This document shows positions 12,714 through 27,924 of a DNA stretch of 64,000 bases, in pieces. This DNA is from Octopus sinensis (lineage: Eukaryota): the NCBI RefSeq assembly GCF_006345805.1, contig NC_043009.1:13206001-13270000 (forward strand), in the 5' to 3' direction. The notes under the pieces were generated by a model, which did not search any database, was not told where the DNA came from, and saw only the letters and a program-made list of their open reading frames with translations. The translations under genes were made by a program, and so were the position numbers. The first letter of the stretch is position 1. The number at the start of each line of letters is the position of its first letter.

Positions 12714-13894
12714 TAGTTAGTTTTCTGTTGAAAGGTTTATGTAAATCCTTGGGTATGAATATTATGGTTTTCAATGAATTAGAATTGCATGCGATGAGCT
12801 TATAAATCTGAGGTGTCGTGGAATTCCTAACGAAATCCGGGTTGGTGTTTTGGTTGGGTACTGTAATATGTTATTAATAATGCATTACTACATGTTTAAA
12901 TGAGGATTGTGTATAATTCAAGAAAGTTGTCTTGAAAGTTTGTCTATTCTATGTAAATTCTAATTGACTTTTCCTGTCATGGCTTCCATTATATTACATG
13001 CTATTATGTTTTCTCATTACGTCGTTCCGCATGATTTAATTTTTCTATTGTTTTATAAATTGAGTCATTTGTTTTAGGAAGTTTTTGAACTTCCCACGTA
13101 TTTTTAATGCTTTGGCATTTAATTCCTTCTGATGCTTTCGTTTATCCTTTTACCAGCTTATATTTATTTTTTAAAATCGCTAGTGTTTAGCTTTTACCAG
13201 TTTAATTAATATTTCTTTCATGATTTTAAGATCATGTTCTTTATGAAATTAATATTTTCTCTGCAACTTCGTTTTTTTGTGGGTTGACAGTTTTGTGCAC
13301 ATCTATTGTGTCTCGCACATTCCAACTCTTTAGTTACTCTTGCAATTAATTTCCTGTTGAATTTCAGTTTTCCAAAACGGGATCTGCTTTAGCTGCTATA
13401 GCTTTCCTCCATATTTGGACTCTTGCTTCTATGGTTTACTCTCAAACCCATCGCTTATATATTTTTTGCTAACATAGAATTAGCATCCTTGGTTAGCCTA
13501 CTCTTTTTATATTGGTTTGTTGCTTCGTTGTTTGTCTTCATTTTATACGAATATTATCTCTTTAGTATTTTAATTTCCTCTCTCATATTTTCTAAATCAA
13601 TGCATTGTGTCAGAAATAATATTTTTTGCATATTTTTATTATTTTGCTGTATTAACTTTTAAAAAGTACGTTCCTTGAATACTGCTACTACATATATGAT
13701 GAATGTTGTGTTGTCTAAATATTGTAGTGTTGTGTGGACCCCGTGGTTTGTGTTGAATTATAGTGGCTTAGCCATATATATGTGCGGATGTGTATGTATG
13801 CATGTATGTGTGCGTGTGTGATTTTGCTTGTTGACATAAGTCAGGATACACGCATGTAGAGTAAATAAAAAAAACTCACAATATTAACTGTATC

Positions 13895-14110
13895 GGAAAG
13901 CTAGCAGAATCACCAGCACTCCGGGCAAAGTGCTTAGCGGCCTATGGCCCGTCTTTACGTTTTGTGTTAAAATTCTACCGAGGTTGAATTTATCTTTCAT
14001 GCCTTTCAAGGTCGAAAAAATAAGTACCAGGTGAGAACTGGCGTCGTCGTGATGAACTTAGGTTCTCATCTGAAAATAATTACCTCTTGCCAAATGTTTA
14101 AACCGATATT
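13895..14110 (+). mobile_element. Degraded SINE family C
   Basis: GCTAGCAGAATC..GAGGTTGAATTTATCTTTCATGCCTTTCAAGGTCGAAAAAATAAGTACCAG. Confidence 0.65.
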
Positions 14111-14124
14111 AACTGTATCGGCCC

Positions 14125-14212
<88 letters not shown>

Positions 14213-15292
14213 GCATCCTAATCAGGTATATTACCAGTTCCTCAGAATCCCACGTTTTAAATCAACCTCAACCCAGTTCTACATTCTTATAAGTGGGCGG
14301 TAATTTACATCATATTAGGCACGCGTGAGGCATACATAGATATGTATGAATTCTTATCCGCATGCACCCGCTTTCTTCCTCCACGTATGCCAATGTCATA
14401 AGCGTGCAACATCCGCATTGTCTCTCGTTGCATCTAAATAAACATTCTGATCACAGTGATCAAGCACTAACCTAAATCAATCACACACACATACACACAT
14501 ACACGGCATATATGTATATAACATCAAATGTTTAATACACATTCTACTCATACAAATCTCGAACAAAGCGCAGCAGCTGCTACAACAGAATAAAAGACAT
14601 ACTTTTAAACAGCAACATTGGAATATAGAAAGCACCACAGCATTGGAGTGCACATGCATACCGAGTATTCATCTTGATAGTCTAATATAATTTTAAACAA
14701 TCTGAGTACTTTCGGTACACACTTAATCCCCAAGCACAAATATAAACACAAGCACTGCCCATACCCACCTGTGCTCACACAAATGCGCATACATTTTATT
14801 AAACTTATTACTAGACCATCAGTACACTACCTTCGCTATGCATTTGCGAGAGAACACACACTCATCTCCATGCGTATTCATGAACAATACGTCGGGAATA
14901 ACTATCACTGAAAATAACTCATGTATACACAAACATCACTATACACTTATCCACACGGGAACGTACATAATTTACATTTTGCTATCTCTTTCTCTGGCAT
15001 TCACTTTTATAACTCTTCGTCCTCTCCTCATTTCCTTCGTGTAGTTATCAATCTTACGTAAGCAGGACTTATCGAAACGTTAAATCTTCTATTCTTTGCA
15101 GTCTTTTAATTTCTAGAGACAGGCTGGTATAATAAAGACATTTTGTCTTCAAATTTCTGCTTCGCCTTTGATGTTGATATCATGTCGGATATATAACAAC
15201 CTACATGTTTTACATCTTATGTTCTTGCCGTCAATATGTACCTGTATGTACACACTCACACACACGAATAATTGTATATAAGAACATATATA

Positions 15293-15859
15293 TAAATGGA
15301 TGAATGAATTATCCTTTGTTTACTATTAACACGGAAAATTCAATAAACAGTTACCAGGGTAGCAAAATTCACGCAAGTAACAAAGATGTAGCGACTTATT
15401 CAAAGATAGAAACTCTGGATTAATACGCATTAATTTGTATAGTATAAGTAAATAAATGGAGTTGAACGCAGATGTTATTCAAATTCTTTTACTTTCGACA
15501 TATGTTTCGAAGATAACATTGGTTCTATTGCAAAGGAATAAACGGTGTAAAATAATGTAATCTTCTCACCAGGAAAGAAAGAGTATATATCTCAACAAAA
15601 AGCCATTATAAAAATTTTGATGACTGCATAAATGATAAACAGAACGTTATTAAGTATTAAAAAAACCCATTAGTAGATCTGATGTCAAAGGCAGGCCATA
15701 GGAAGAGAAGGGGTAAAGAAATAATAAGTAGAGAACAAATAAAGAGGGATATATTGGTTGAAAAAATATTCAAAGGCTTGGAAGTAGATCTTCGAAACAT
15801 ATGTTGAAAGTAAAAGAATTTGAATAACACGTGCGTTTAACTCTATTTATTTACTTATA
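15293..15859 (-). mobile_element. Penelope-like pseudo-LTR remnant with inverted partial copy, flanked by (TA)n
   Basis: Inverted arms 15443-15514 and 15788-15859; hammerhead motif on the minus strand. Confidence 0.75.
15486..15583 (-). ncRNA. Type I hammerhead ribozyme motif (core variant CUGGUGA)
   Basis: Minus strand: CTTTC-CTGGTGA-GAAGATTACATT...AATGTTATCTTC-GAAA-CATATG-TC-GAAAG. Stems I, II and III pair; GUC triplet. Confidence 0.75.
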
Positions 15860-15869
15860 TATATATATA

Positions 15870-16285
15870 TATATTATATTAAATTAGAGATAAAACTACT
15901 ATTAGGCAAATCATACAATGAAAAACTTAAGCCAATACATAAGATATATGTATATATAATTTATATTATTTAAATATATAACAATATTATTAAAAATATA
16001 ATTAATATAACACTACGATGAATGACTGTAACTCGAAAATTTAAAGAAATTAACAGCCATGAAACGATCGTAGTGTTATATTAATTATATCTTTTAATAA
16101 TTTTGTTATATATTTAAATAATATAAATTAAATAATCTTATGTATTGGCTTAAGTTTTTCATTGTATGATTTGCCTAATAGTGGTTTTATCTCTAATTTA
16201 ATATAATATAATATTTTACTATAAAATTGGATTCAATCCTAAATCTGATTTTTCCCTGTAAGTTTGGATTTATTCCCTAATATTT
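15870..16285 (+). mobile_element. Penelope-like palindromic remnant with junction inside a hammerhead motif
   Basis: Arms ~15870-16019 and 16067-16210. The centre reads GATGA-ATGACTGT..ACAGCCAT-GAAA-CGATCG-TA-GTGTTA. Confidence 0.7.
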
Positions 16286-16434
16286 ATTATTATTATTATT
16301 ATATTATTATTATATATATATATATAATATATATATATATATATGTATGTATATATACACATACATATATTGGTGTATATGCATTTAAAATATATATATA
16401 TCTACATGAAAATCTAAATTATATATATGCATAA

Positions 16435-16526
<92 letters not shown>

Positions 16527-16529
<3 letters not shown>

Positions 16530-17810
16530 AGTCAACCCATAAGTCCAGTGCGAATTTTGAATAAAGAAAACAAGTAATCAAATGTCATATTTAATTGAAA
16601 TTTAACTATCAATATACTTTCCCTGATTATCTATGACTTCCTTTCATCTATTTACCAGCTTTTTTTAACCCATCAATGTAAAACTCTTTTGGTTTTGGGG
16701 GTTTCAAAGCGAAGAACTCTGAAATATCAGACTTCCTCCTGGCTTGCGAAAGTTACGTCCCACAAATGATTCTGTAAACTACAAAACAAATGGTAGTCTG
16801 AAGGAGCAAGGTCGGGAGAATAAGGTGGATGAGGAATTTTTTTCCCAACCAAGCTCTTCGATCTTCTGTGATGTGATCTTTGCAGTGTGGGATCGCGCAT
16901 TTTCCTGATGAAGCATCACTCCTGTTCGATTCACTAAAGCGGGTCTTTTTTTCTTCAAAGCTTGGTTGAAACGAACTAATTGCTGACAGTAGACTTGAGC
17001 ATTGATTGTTGCATTAGGTGGTAACAATTCAAAGTGAATTACTCCTTTGCAATCTCTCCAGATAGACAGAAGGACCTTTTTCCTATGAAGTTTCCTTCTC
17101 GGTTGTGGTTGAGCTTTTCCCCTTTTACCAAGCCACTGTTTACGACGTTTAACATTCCATTTTTCGTCCCCAGTCACAAGTCTGTCCAAAAAGAGTGAAA
17201 TGAGCTCGCAAGAATGGAGAGGAGATGATGTCAACTCGCGATTTGCGGTTACTTTCGGACAATTCATGAAGCACCCATTTACCAAGTTTAGGAACATTTC
17301 CAAGTTGTGAAGATGACGATGAACAGTTATATGGTTTGAACTAAGCTTTATTGCCAATTCTTCAACTGATAATGCAGGATTTTCTTCAAGTGGTGCCTAA
17401 AGGAGCTTATCATCAAACTCAATTGGACGTCCTGTTCGATCTTCATCTTCAAGGCTGAAATCTCCACTTCTGAATTTTGCAAACAATCTTCTACAAGTTC
17501 TTTCATTCAAGAATTCTTTCTCATAAACTGAGTGTATGTTTCGAGTCGCTTCGGCGGCAGTGTTTCCTTTTTTGTACTCATAAAGCTTTACGTGCCTTAA
17601 ATGCTGTTTGGATCCTTCCATGTTAGAAAGAGTTTTATTCAATAAAGTTTAATTCTATTATTCTGTAGAATAATATCTAATTAGTTTAAATGTAAACAAA
17701 TGCACAAAATTAATTTTTGATTCCCATCCCATTAGACATTCTAAAATATTATTAAATTTCATTCAATTTTTAACAAGGCAAAATCGTGCAGAACTAATGG
17801 GATGATATGA
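16527..17810 (-). mobile_element. Full-length decayed mariner (DD34D) element
   Basis: Degenerate TIRs TCAAGTCAACCCATAAGT / TCATATCATCCCATTAGT within TA runs, ~1.28 kb. Transposase from ATG 17621 with GNTAAEATRNI, RTGRP, VTGDEKW, HQENARSH and YSPDLAPSDYHLF in shifting frames. Confidence 0.92.
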
Positions 17811-17837
17811 TATATATATATATATATATATATAATA

Positions 17838-17871
<34 letters not shown>

Positions 17872-18549
17872 TGTGTATGTATACACACACATATGTATAT
17901 ATATATATATGTATATATATATACATATATATATATGTGTGTGTGTGTCTATGTGTATATATATATGTACATGAGTGAGCGTATGTATTGTTGCTGTTGT
18001 TGGAGTTTTGTCACAGTTACTTTCGTTCAAATAGATCTGTTGATTTAAGCTGTATAAACCTCACACCTCGTTTTATATGTATTCGTAGCACATTAGGAAC
18101 TGAATACACTGGACAATGTACTGACCAGTTGAAATTATCGGAGCGTTCATTTCATATAGAATATCCATCCAATTAGTGCCCTGAAGGTTTTGAAATCAGT
18201 TATCTATGTGTGTTATGAACAAGATCAAGAGGTAGGTTAGAGATACATTTTATTATTTTGAACCAAAGATTAGTGGGTTCCGTGAACGAACAAATTGATG
18301 ATGACTTTCCAACTATGGCTTCTTCATCTCCTGTTAAAAAGTAATCTAAAACACCCTAGAACCTCCTAATACAAGGCCACCTTCATTTGCAAAGGAAGGC
18401 GTAATTGAAAGAACTTTGGCTATAAATCGGTGCATAACGAAGGCGCACATAGGTGTATGTTTGTTATTTAACTTTGTAGAATATACGTAGCTAAACTCAA
18501 TTATGCATAACTTTCAGATTCTCTCTCTTCTCACTCTGTATATATATAT

Positions 18550-18616
<67 letters not shown>

Positions 18617-19071
18617 GAATAGATATATAAACACATTTCTCAGTGCAAGTATACATGAGTGCATATATGCTCGGATGTGTCCCCAGCATGTCATTAGTCT
18701 TTACGTACCAGGTTTACGTTTAATATGTAAATAAGTATATCCAATAACACCGCTGTATGCGGTGGCTATGTAAGCCATGTGTTCGGACACGGGAATGGAT
18801 TAGATGAGTGCTGAGGAAGAGGCAAAAGTCCCGAAATATGGCATAGGCACACATTACCCATTTTTGTCTTCGATCACATTGCTTGTTTAATCTGACGTCT
18901 CGATACGAAACGTGGCAGCAAAAGATCAATGCTGGCTATAATTTCTATAGAATATCTGTAGAAATAACATTAAAAAAATAATACATACATTCATGCACAC
19001 ATACGGACACACACACACATACACATCTCTATAACAAGATTGCTTGTGTGGAAGCGTGCATGTATGTATAT

Positions 19072-19456
19072 ATGGAAGCACTCCGTCGTTTACGACGACG
19101 AGGGTTCCGGTTGATCCGAATCAACGGAACAGCCTGCTCGTGAAATTAACGTGTAAGTGGCTGAGCACTCCACAGACACGTGCATCCTTAACGTAGTTCT
19201 CGGGGATATTCAGCGTGACACAGAGAGTGACAAGGACGGCCCTTTGAAATACAGGTACAACAGAAGCAGGAAGTAAGAGTGAGAGAAAGTTGTGGTGAAA
19301 GAGTACAGCAGGGATCACCGCCATGCCCTGCCGGAGCATCGTGGAGCTTTAGGTGTTTTCGCTCAATAAACACTCACAACGCCCGGTCTGGGAATCGAAA
19401 CCGCGATCCTACGACCGCGAGTCCGCTGCCCTAACCACTGGACCATTGCGACTCCA
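19072..19456 (-). mobile_element. SINE family B with alternative 3' tail
   Basis: Reverse complement begins GGAGTCGCAATGGTCCAGTGGTTAGGGCAGCGGACTCGCGGTCGTAGG. Confidence 0.85.
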
Positions 19457-19752
19457 TGTGTGTATATATATACATCAACACTTGTGTTATGTGAAATCAT
19501 GCATGAAAACGATATAAACCGAAGAGTAAGGTACACGCCTATTAATATTTACTAGTGTAACATAGTCTCCGAAGATCTAGTAAAAGTTAACATGCGTATG
19601 TGGTATATATCATATGCAACATACATCATACATTCCTAAATATATATATGGAAAGATTTAATATATATATATATATATATATGTGTATATCTATCTCTCT
19701 ATCTCTCTATCTATTTATCTATCTATCTATTTATCTATCTATATATATATCC

Positions 19753-19836
<84 letters not shown>

Positions 19837-20515
19837 TTAGAGATATAGAAAGATACACACACACATAAATATATATGTATAAATATAGAAACACACATAC
19901 ATCCACATACATCAACAAACATATATTCATCATTACAGACAGCAGTCTATGTTTTGTCGCCTTTTAAATCTGCTTTTATTTCCCATCACATCAGTTTTAA
20001 AAATTAAATTATATTATCTACTTCAGAAAATGTGTATTATCGAGTCTTAATATCATACATTTCTCGTGTACTCGGAACCCTTTTAAAAGTATCACCACCA
20101 TCTTTGATATAGGTTTTCAAAGAAGTCTTTGAGCGTTCATAAAATGCCGAGCATTGATGTTATATTCCAATTGATTTTAATCCTAGAATAGAAAATATTT
20201 GAGTGAAATTTATTCGTCATTCTTCTTCTTTTTTTAATATTCTATCTCGGACGAAGGTTCGTTTATATTATTCAAGTATTTACTTTTCTCAATACGATCA
20301 TTTAATAATCGATGGCTTTGAATTGCTCAAAGAATACTCAAGTGTATGATATTTAGGTAAAAGTGATACGAAGATATGAAATGAAAATAAATATCGAGAA
20401 AAGAATCAAATAATGCAGAGTTTTAGAACTTTGAAGATTTTAATGATGAAGACACACACACAAACGCGCGTGCGCACGCAAGATATCTTTCTGCACACAC
20501 ATATGAATATATATG

Positions 20516-20608
<93 letters not shown>

Positions 20609-20674
20609 TGCCAATATATACTGGTGGATCTCTCCGCCCGCTTCTCTCTCTTTTTCTATCTGAGTATACACACA

Positions 20675-20719
<45 letters not shown>

Positions 20720-21046
20720 CACACACACATATATATATATGTATATATATTCATATTGTGTGAATACATTTTTTATACAAACATGATGACTGTTCAAATG
20801 TCACAAAAAAAATGTAAATTTATTAAACGTGTCAGTTGACCGCTTGAATCGAATCTAATTGTAGAAATAAACAAACTGCACAATTTTACTTCATTTGATT
20901 TTTACTTCATTGAGGCACATAACCTGATAGAAGCTGACGCTGTTTAGAACTGCTTCAGCAAATAAGTTGGTGACGGTTAAAACCTGCGCTCTTTCGCACA
21001 ATTCCTCTCTTCTATTCATACATTTTTTATGCTGATCACAGTTCAC

Positions 21047-21420
<374 letters not shown>

Positions 21421-21632
21421 TAATCTCTTTTCTTCGTCTCTTATTTCTTGATAATTGTTAATTCCAAGAGAAACATAGTGGTAATAGAGCTAAGCATTTA
21501 CCATAATGTATAATTTTGCGCTTATTTCATTTATTTATCCCATGCATTTTAGCTATGGCGACATCATACATGCATATATACATACATACATACAATGATA
21601 CACATATGTACACACATACATACATAGATACA

Positions 21633-21663
<31 letters not shown>

Positions 21664-24319
21664 AATATGTAAGTATGTATGTATGGAAAATAATAGAGAG
21701 AAAACGCGCCGTTCATTTACATTGTAGTTAATTAATTCCGAAGTGTATTGTTATTGTCAAATCATTTCAAAATAGAATAACAGTATTTAAAAAAAGATTA
21801 TCACAATCAAATAAGTTCATAATGCATTATTACATATTCCAAAATACCACCTCATATACAAAATACATTACTGTAATGAAATCATTTCAAGATTACGCTT
21901 TTCAGAGTCCATTTTTGCATGCATATCATTTGAAAATTCATTATTAAACTCTATAAGAAAAATATGTAATTAAATATTCCAAACTACTTAATTATAAACC
22001 AGTTTCATTTTGATAGATATTGGTAAATGAATTACAAGCAGGTGTCAATTATAGATTGACTATTTAAATATCATTTATATTTTTCAATAAGAACGTTTCT
22101 TTATTGGCTCTTTGTTGTTCTGTCATATTTTCTTTACATTGATATAATGAGAAAAGTTTAAAATGTGAACCCCCGAGCTCTTGCACATCTGCTTAAATAT
22201 TCACTGCTCAGAACACGTTATTTGTTGTTGGTGACCCGTTTTGCTTTTTGCGGGTGATATGCATGTTTGGCCTACACAATTCTCGCCACACACAGAATGT
22301 TAAGGCATAAATTAAGGTTTCGGAAAAGAATGTGAAGGATGATAAACAATTCGTCAATTTTACATATAAAGCGATCAATTTTCTCTCGAAACGAGTTAAT
22401 CGGAATAATGTATTTTTGTATTAAGCGTATTATAAAAGGAACAGCATCTTTTTCTACTCTCATTATTTCCTCATATCATCTAAATTATGTGGAAAACTTG
22501 TAACATTTTCAGTACATATACCTTTGTCCGAAGTGAACAGTCTTCGCCCGTCAGTGATATAAATGCGAGTGATTTAGTGCACCTGAAGTCGATATAACAG
22601 GTTCTCCCATGGTAATTATCGCAGTATTCTCTGTTCTAACAAAACATCCATCTTAAGTCTGAGATAAAGATTACCACACATTCTCAGTGTGGCAAGTCAC
22701 AGCTTCAGATACCTCAAAACCTAAGCTGCTACTTCGAGAGCATAACATAGTGAATGCTTTCCCAAATTCGTAAGTGTAAGCGTATAAGATAGAAATCGTC
22801 AACTATCCCAGAGAAACTTATTAAAGTATGTGTAGATCTTTTAAACCTGTCAAAAAAGCCAACTTCCTTCGATATGTAAAAATATTCTCTAAGCTCTGAT
22901 GAATCGAATTCCAGTGCAACCTGTATGGATAGCAGTAAATGTTCCAAATTATTTCCTAAAGATTTTAGAAACGTGATAAAAACTAACATAAATGCATACT
23001 TCCTCTGCATTGGCACCAAACACAAGTATGACGAGTGGGTAATCGATATGTTCGAAATGCAAAGGTATTGATATAAAAACGTTATACATATGTAAAGCCG
23101 TTAATCAATACATCAATTTGTTTTCCATAAATTCTTTGCAGTATATCATCAGATAAATGTTTAACGGATATCATTCCACACATGCTTATATGCATGTTAA
23201 AATTACGAAGCACATGTCAGTACGTTAGGAGCAAAGTGGATTCTGTTATAATAGAAAACGCATGAGACTTCGCTGCACGTCATTCATTTACCAGTGGATC
23301 TTAACACCAGCCAGTTCATCGCCAGCGAATGACTAAGAAAGGCATATTTCAAAATGCCTAAAGCGGGAAGCTTTACCTCATGGCCCAAATTAAATAAAAC
23401 CCATGAAGAGGTCAGGTAATAGATATATTCTAAAATATTTTGACAAAAGACAAAATATTATGGCACTTGGAATATGTGGTAGAGATAAGATAATCCTTAG
23501 AAGCTGTTCATCGAAAAAGAAGTGAGAGATTTCATTTCGGATCTATATCGTTGCACGCACTTGAGCAGCTAACTTTGAAGTCATTCGCACGCATGACGAT
23601 GTCATTTACCACAGTTGCAAAATGTCACTTATTTACTAAATACGAACGAGACATAGGTACGATTTATATATGAGAAACTGGAGAAGACGGACTGTTCCTC
23701 AGAGATATTTGTTTGGATTAAATTTATTTTCGTAATACAACGAGCAATTATCTATCATTATTTCAGCAAGTTTGATCAGCATCACTTCTGGATTACAATA
23801 AATGAAGATGCTCGGTAAAGTGCACTGAATAGTACGATTGTTGAGAAGCTAGACTACAACTTTGCTGTATCTGATATGGCACAAACACAAAGCTTAAGTG
23901 TATGACGTCGCGAATTTGACTGCGTCATAGAATGCTTAGGTGGTAATTACGTACAATATTGAATATTGCAATGAGTCTGGCAAGAACCATTTGATCTATG
24001 CAACGAATGACATTCCCGCTGATGTTCTGAGAGACAACAGGACAATTAGCACACACACACACACACACTCACTCTCTCTCTCTCTCATTTTTTCTCTCTC
24101 TCCTTTTCTCTCTCTCTCACACACTCTCTCTCTCTCACACACTCTCTCTCCTTCTCACTTTCTCATTTACTTTCTCTCTCAATACATTATCTAAATTTCT
24201 TAGATAATTAACGTGAATACAAAGTATTATTCTTTAATTCTTTCATTCTTTTTTTTAATGTTTTCTGTCGTAGGACTTTGGGCATGCTGGAGTACCGTCT
24301 TAATTTATTTCCTTTCAGT

Positions 24320-26100
24320 TTTCTTGTCGCTTTATGTAAGTTCGTCTATGATAGAGCTTGTAACAGCTGATCTTCCCAGAGTGCATGCTTGAATGGTTGG
24401 CTGATGCGGTAAGCAACATGATGTATCCAGTGTTTCTTTTTTAATGTTTCAGCAGGGATCACTTTTATGCCCCTGTTTCTCTAGGTAGGTGCTTGAAGAT
24501 CTGAGGACCTTTAAATATGGAAGTAGTACAACAGATTTGTTTTTCTTGTGAATTCAAAGGTAGTGTATTTGGAAGCTTACTGTATCTATTAGTTCATGCA
24601 TTGAAATTCTCTCTAATAGCGAAGTTTTGAACAAGTCCCTCAAGGAATTTCGATACGTATATGATAGTATGTCTTTCTCTTCGGCCTTTAAGAGTGTAGA
24701 GACGAAGAGCTTTCAGGCATTCCCATTATTTAAGGCTTCTAACTGAAGCTGTTTTACTAATGAGTGTTCTTTATAACCCCTAATTACTTCCTTGAGACTA
24801 AAGCCGTGTGATAGCAATCTAATCTGCTAAGAGCTAGGCTTTCCACAGAGTCAGCATAACTACCAGTTCTCTTGTCATGAAGGTTCGTTGGATCCATTCA
24901 ATTAAATGTCTGCATTGAGATGTCAGTTTGGTGATGTGTCTGAATAATGATACATCATTTAATATGAATACTCCTAACTCCTGTAAGTCATTAGCGCTGT
25001 GAATCACTGTGTTACCAAGTGTCGAACCATGTGATTTGTTTGAATCCCCTTCTTTATGATGTACCTGAAATTTGGATGCATTAAATTTCATACTGCATTC
25101 TTTCTGCTCATTGATAAATGAGGTTTAGTTCATTTTAAAGTGTAACGACATTTGCTGGTCTTTGGATAGCCATCGATATTTGTTGTCATTGGTGTAACTC
25201 GCTGGGTTGAGCGAATTAACTTTTAAGCTATATACCTGATAGAGTGATGATAAATAATAATGATCATTCAACCGTATCCAGATTCATGCCACTTATTACA
25301 AGCGATTTTGCAGAGAAAAAAAACCCTGTTTACAGCGACAGTGAAAGAGCCATTCTCCGAGTTCTCTTGTGATACCGAAGCCTCTTATCGTACGATACAT
25401 CATTCCCTGATCAATCTCATCAAAGGCCTTAGATAAATCAAGATATATGAAGTCAGTGTCCTTCCCATCATCGGGGATAGTGTTATGGTGCTGTCATAAT
25501 TGTGACAGACAACTTCGTCCAGTCCGAAGACTATACTGCGTATAATTCAAGAAATTGTTTTCTTCAAGGCACGTAATTGTGCTTTTTCATAATATTCATT
25601 CGACAATTCTAGATGTGTGAGATTTGAGAGAAACAGGTCTGTAATTTTTAGCTTTGTGTATAGGTGTTACTGTTACGCCTTTCTGTAATTCTAGGAATAT
25701 ACAGGTGTCTAGCGACTTTTGAAGCAGCATCTTTAATGGTTTGGCGACGTTTTTCTTTGCACGCTTTTTAACACTATACCTGGGAAACCAACAGCTACGG
25801 ATTTAGAGTTATAATCTGGGTCATTGGTTGCTGTAAGTATATCATCTTCCATAATATCATTAATTTTAGACGTGTAGCTGCAGCTGAATTCCGAGGACCA
25901 AGAAATTAATTTAGATTATGTAATATTTTTAAAATTATAGGTAGGGTTGGGAAAATGTATTGTTATAGTATTGACTCAAGAGTCCACATATTAATGATGT
26001 ATCATTAAAATATCGTCCATTTGGGTTCATTAGAGGACCAATCTGGCTATATTTATACGTTTTTTTTAAATATTTGCTACCTGTTTATTGTAGTTGTGTA
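24320..26100 (-). mobile_element. Decayed CR1-like LINE (reverse transcriptase region)
   Basis: Minus-strand motifs KNYRPVSL (~25640), DFIYLDLSKAFD (~25440), MKFNASKFQV, RTFMTRELVVMLTLWK and LYTLKGRRER. Many stops; boundaries approximate. Confidence 0.8.
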
Positions 26101-26439
26101 ATTGCCGTCTGTGAATCTGTCGAGTACAGAGGTATTATTTCGGAAACCTAATCATTAGTCAAATTTGAACCAAACATTCATATTGGCGAAGATATATTAG
26201 GGCACCCAGACTTTCTCATTATAGTGAGACAGCCTGTTGACGAGGAATTTGACTTAGCAGTTGCTGTGACTAGATGGATGGTGGTTGAGATCCCATTACC
26301 ACTGAAATGATACAAGAGACAGTGTTAAATTGGGATAACACACAGACTGTATTTCCCATGGACGCTCCTTAAAGGTGAAAAAGGATAAAAAATTACTCTC
26401 CAAACATTTATGTTGTAATATATTCTAATGTCTAAAAAT

Positions 26440-26600
26440 ATTCGGGGAGGGTGGGGTGGGGGGCCAGTCGATTACATCACACGCAGTGCTCATCTGGTAC
26501 TTATTTTTTCGAACCTGAAAGGCAAAGTCGATCACAAAGACAGAAAAATACCTCTAAGTATTTTGTCTGGCGTGTTATAGATTTTGCCAACTTGCTGTCT
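26440..26600 (-). mobile_element. Degraded SINE family C
   Basis: GGGGCCAGTCGATT..CTGGTACTTATT..GAAAGGCAAAGTCGA. Confidence 0.65.
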
Positions 26601-26909
26601 TAAGTTATATTTTAAATATTGACGTAAACTACACCCTCCAAAATTACATGTCCATGTAGTACAAATTTGCAACATGCACATAATTTTATAGCTTTGTAAA
26701 TATATCATTTCTTTATTTGCAAAGAAGTGATTATGCCATTCATTACTTTATAATAAAACAAAAATTTGCATGAGACTTTCTTTTGGGTAAATTTTCTAAA
26801 TAAATACGCGTATATACAGACAAATGCATATATATACACATATATTATGTATACTAGACACCCCACAACACACACACATATATATGTGCGCGTGTGTACG
26901 TGTGTTTAT

Positions 26910-27205
<296 letters not shown>

Positions 27206-27924
27206 ATATACATATTTGTATATCCGTGCCTGTAAATTTTACAATTCGTCTTTGTACATTTTTCCAATTTCAATGCATTGCTTTGAAATATTTCACAGCA
27301 ATGTTTTTGTGAGCCATTACGATGTTGTCGAATGACCTCTGTGCTAAACAAACATTTCTGGCGCTAAATGAGTTGCAGACAATAGAAAAATGAGAATCTC
27401 CAGATATTTGATTGATGGCTCAAAATGACCATTGCAACTATTTTCCTCGTGGATCTTCTATCAGAATGATTGAATAGTAACGCAGAGAGGAATTGAAATT
27501 TATTCATTATGGAAATTCGCTTGCTAGTCAGTTCGTACTGCGTGTGATTGTATTAGAGTTAGTGTTGTTTGTGAAATTAGTCGTGACAGTGGTTGGTTAT
27601 TCTCATTCTGGAAATGGAATTTAGGAACGTATACTACCATCAAATATTCATTAAATCGTTTATATGGAAAATAAAAACACATTCAATTTATAGCAAGATC
27701 ACGCCGAAATTTAAACTCCAAAGTTATTGCTTTTATTTTCATAATTTGGAAAAATTATGAAACAGAATTTCATAATCACAAAATATTCTCTTTCCACTTG
27801 GTTTATGAACAATTTCCATTGCTTTATCTCGTTGAATGAAACTTGTCCCCTCTGTTGAAATTGATATTTCTGTTAAATTGGGAATTAAACTCACTTGGTA
27901 TCATAATCCTCTCTAAATTAAGCA

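Noticed and set aside
12730-13750. Possible very old LINE on the minus strand (QPGFR-like motif near 12840)
   Set aside because: A single degenerate motif is not enough to classify it.
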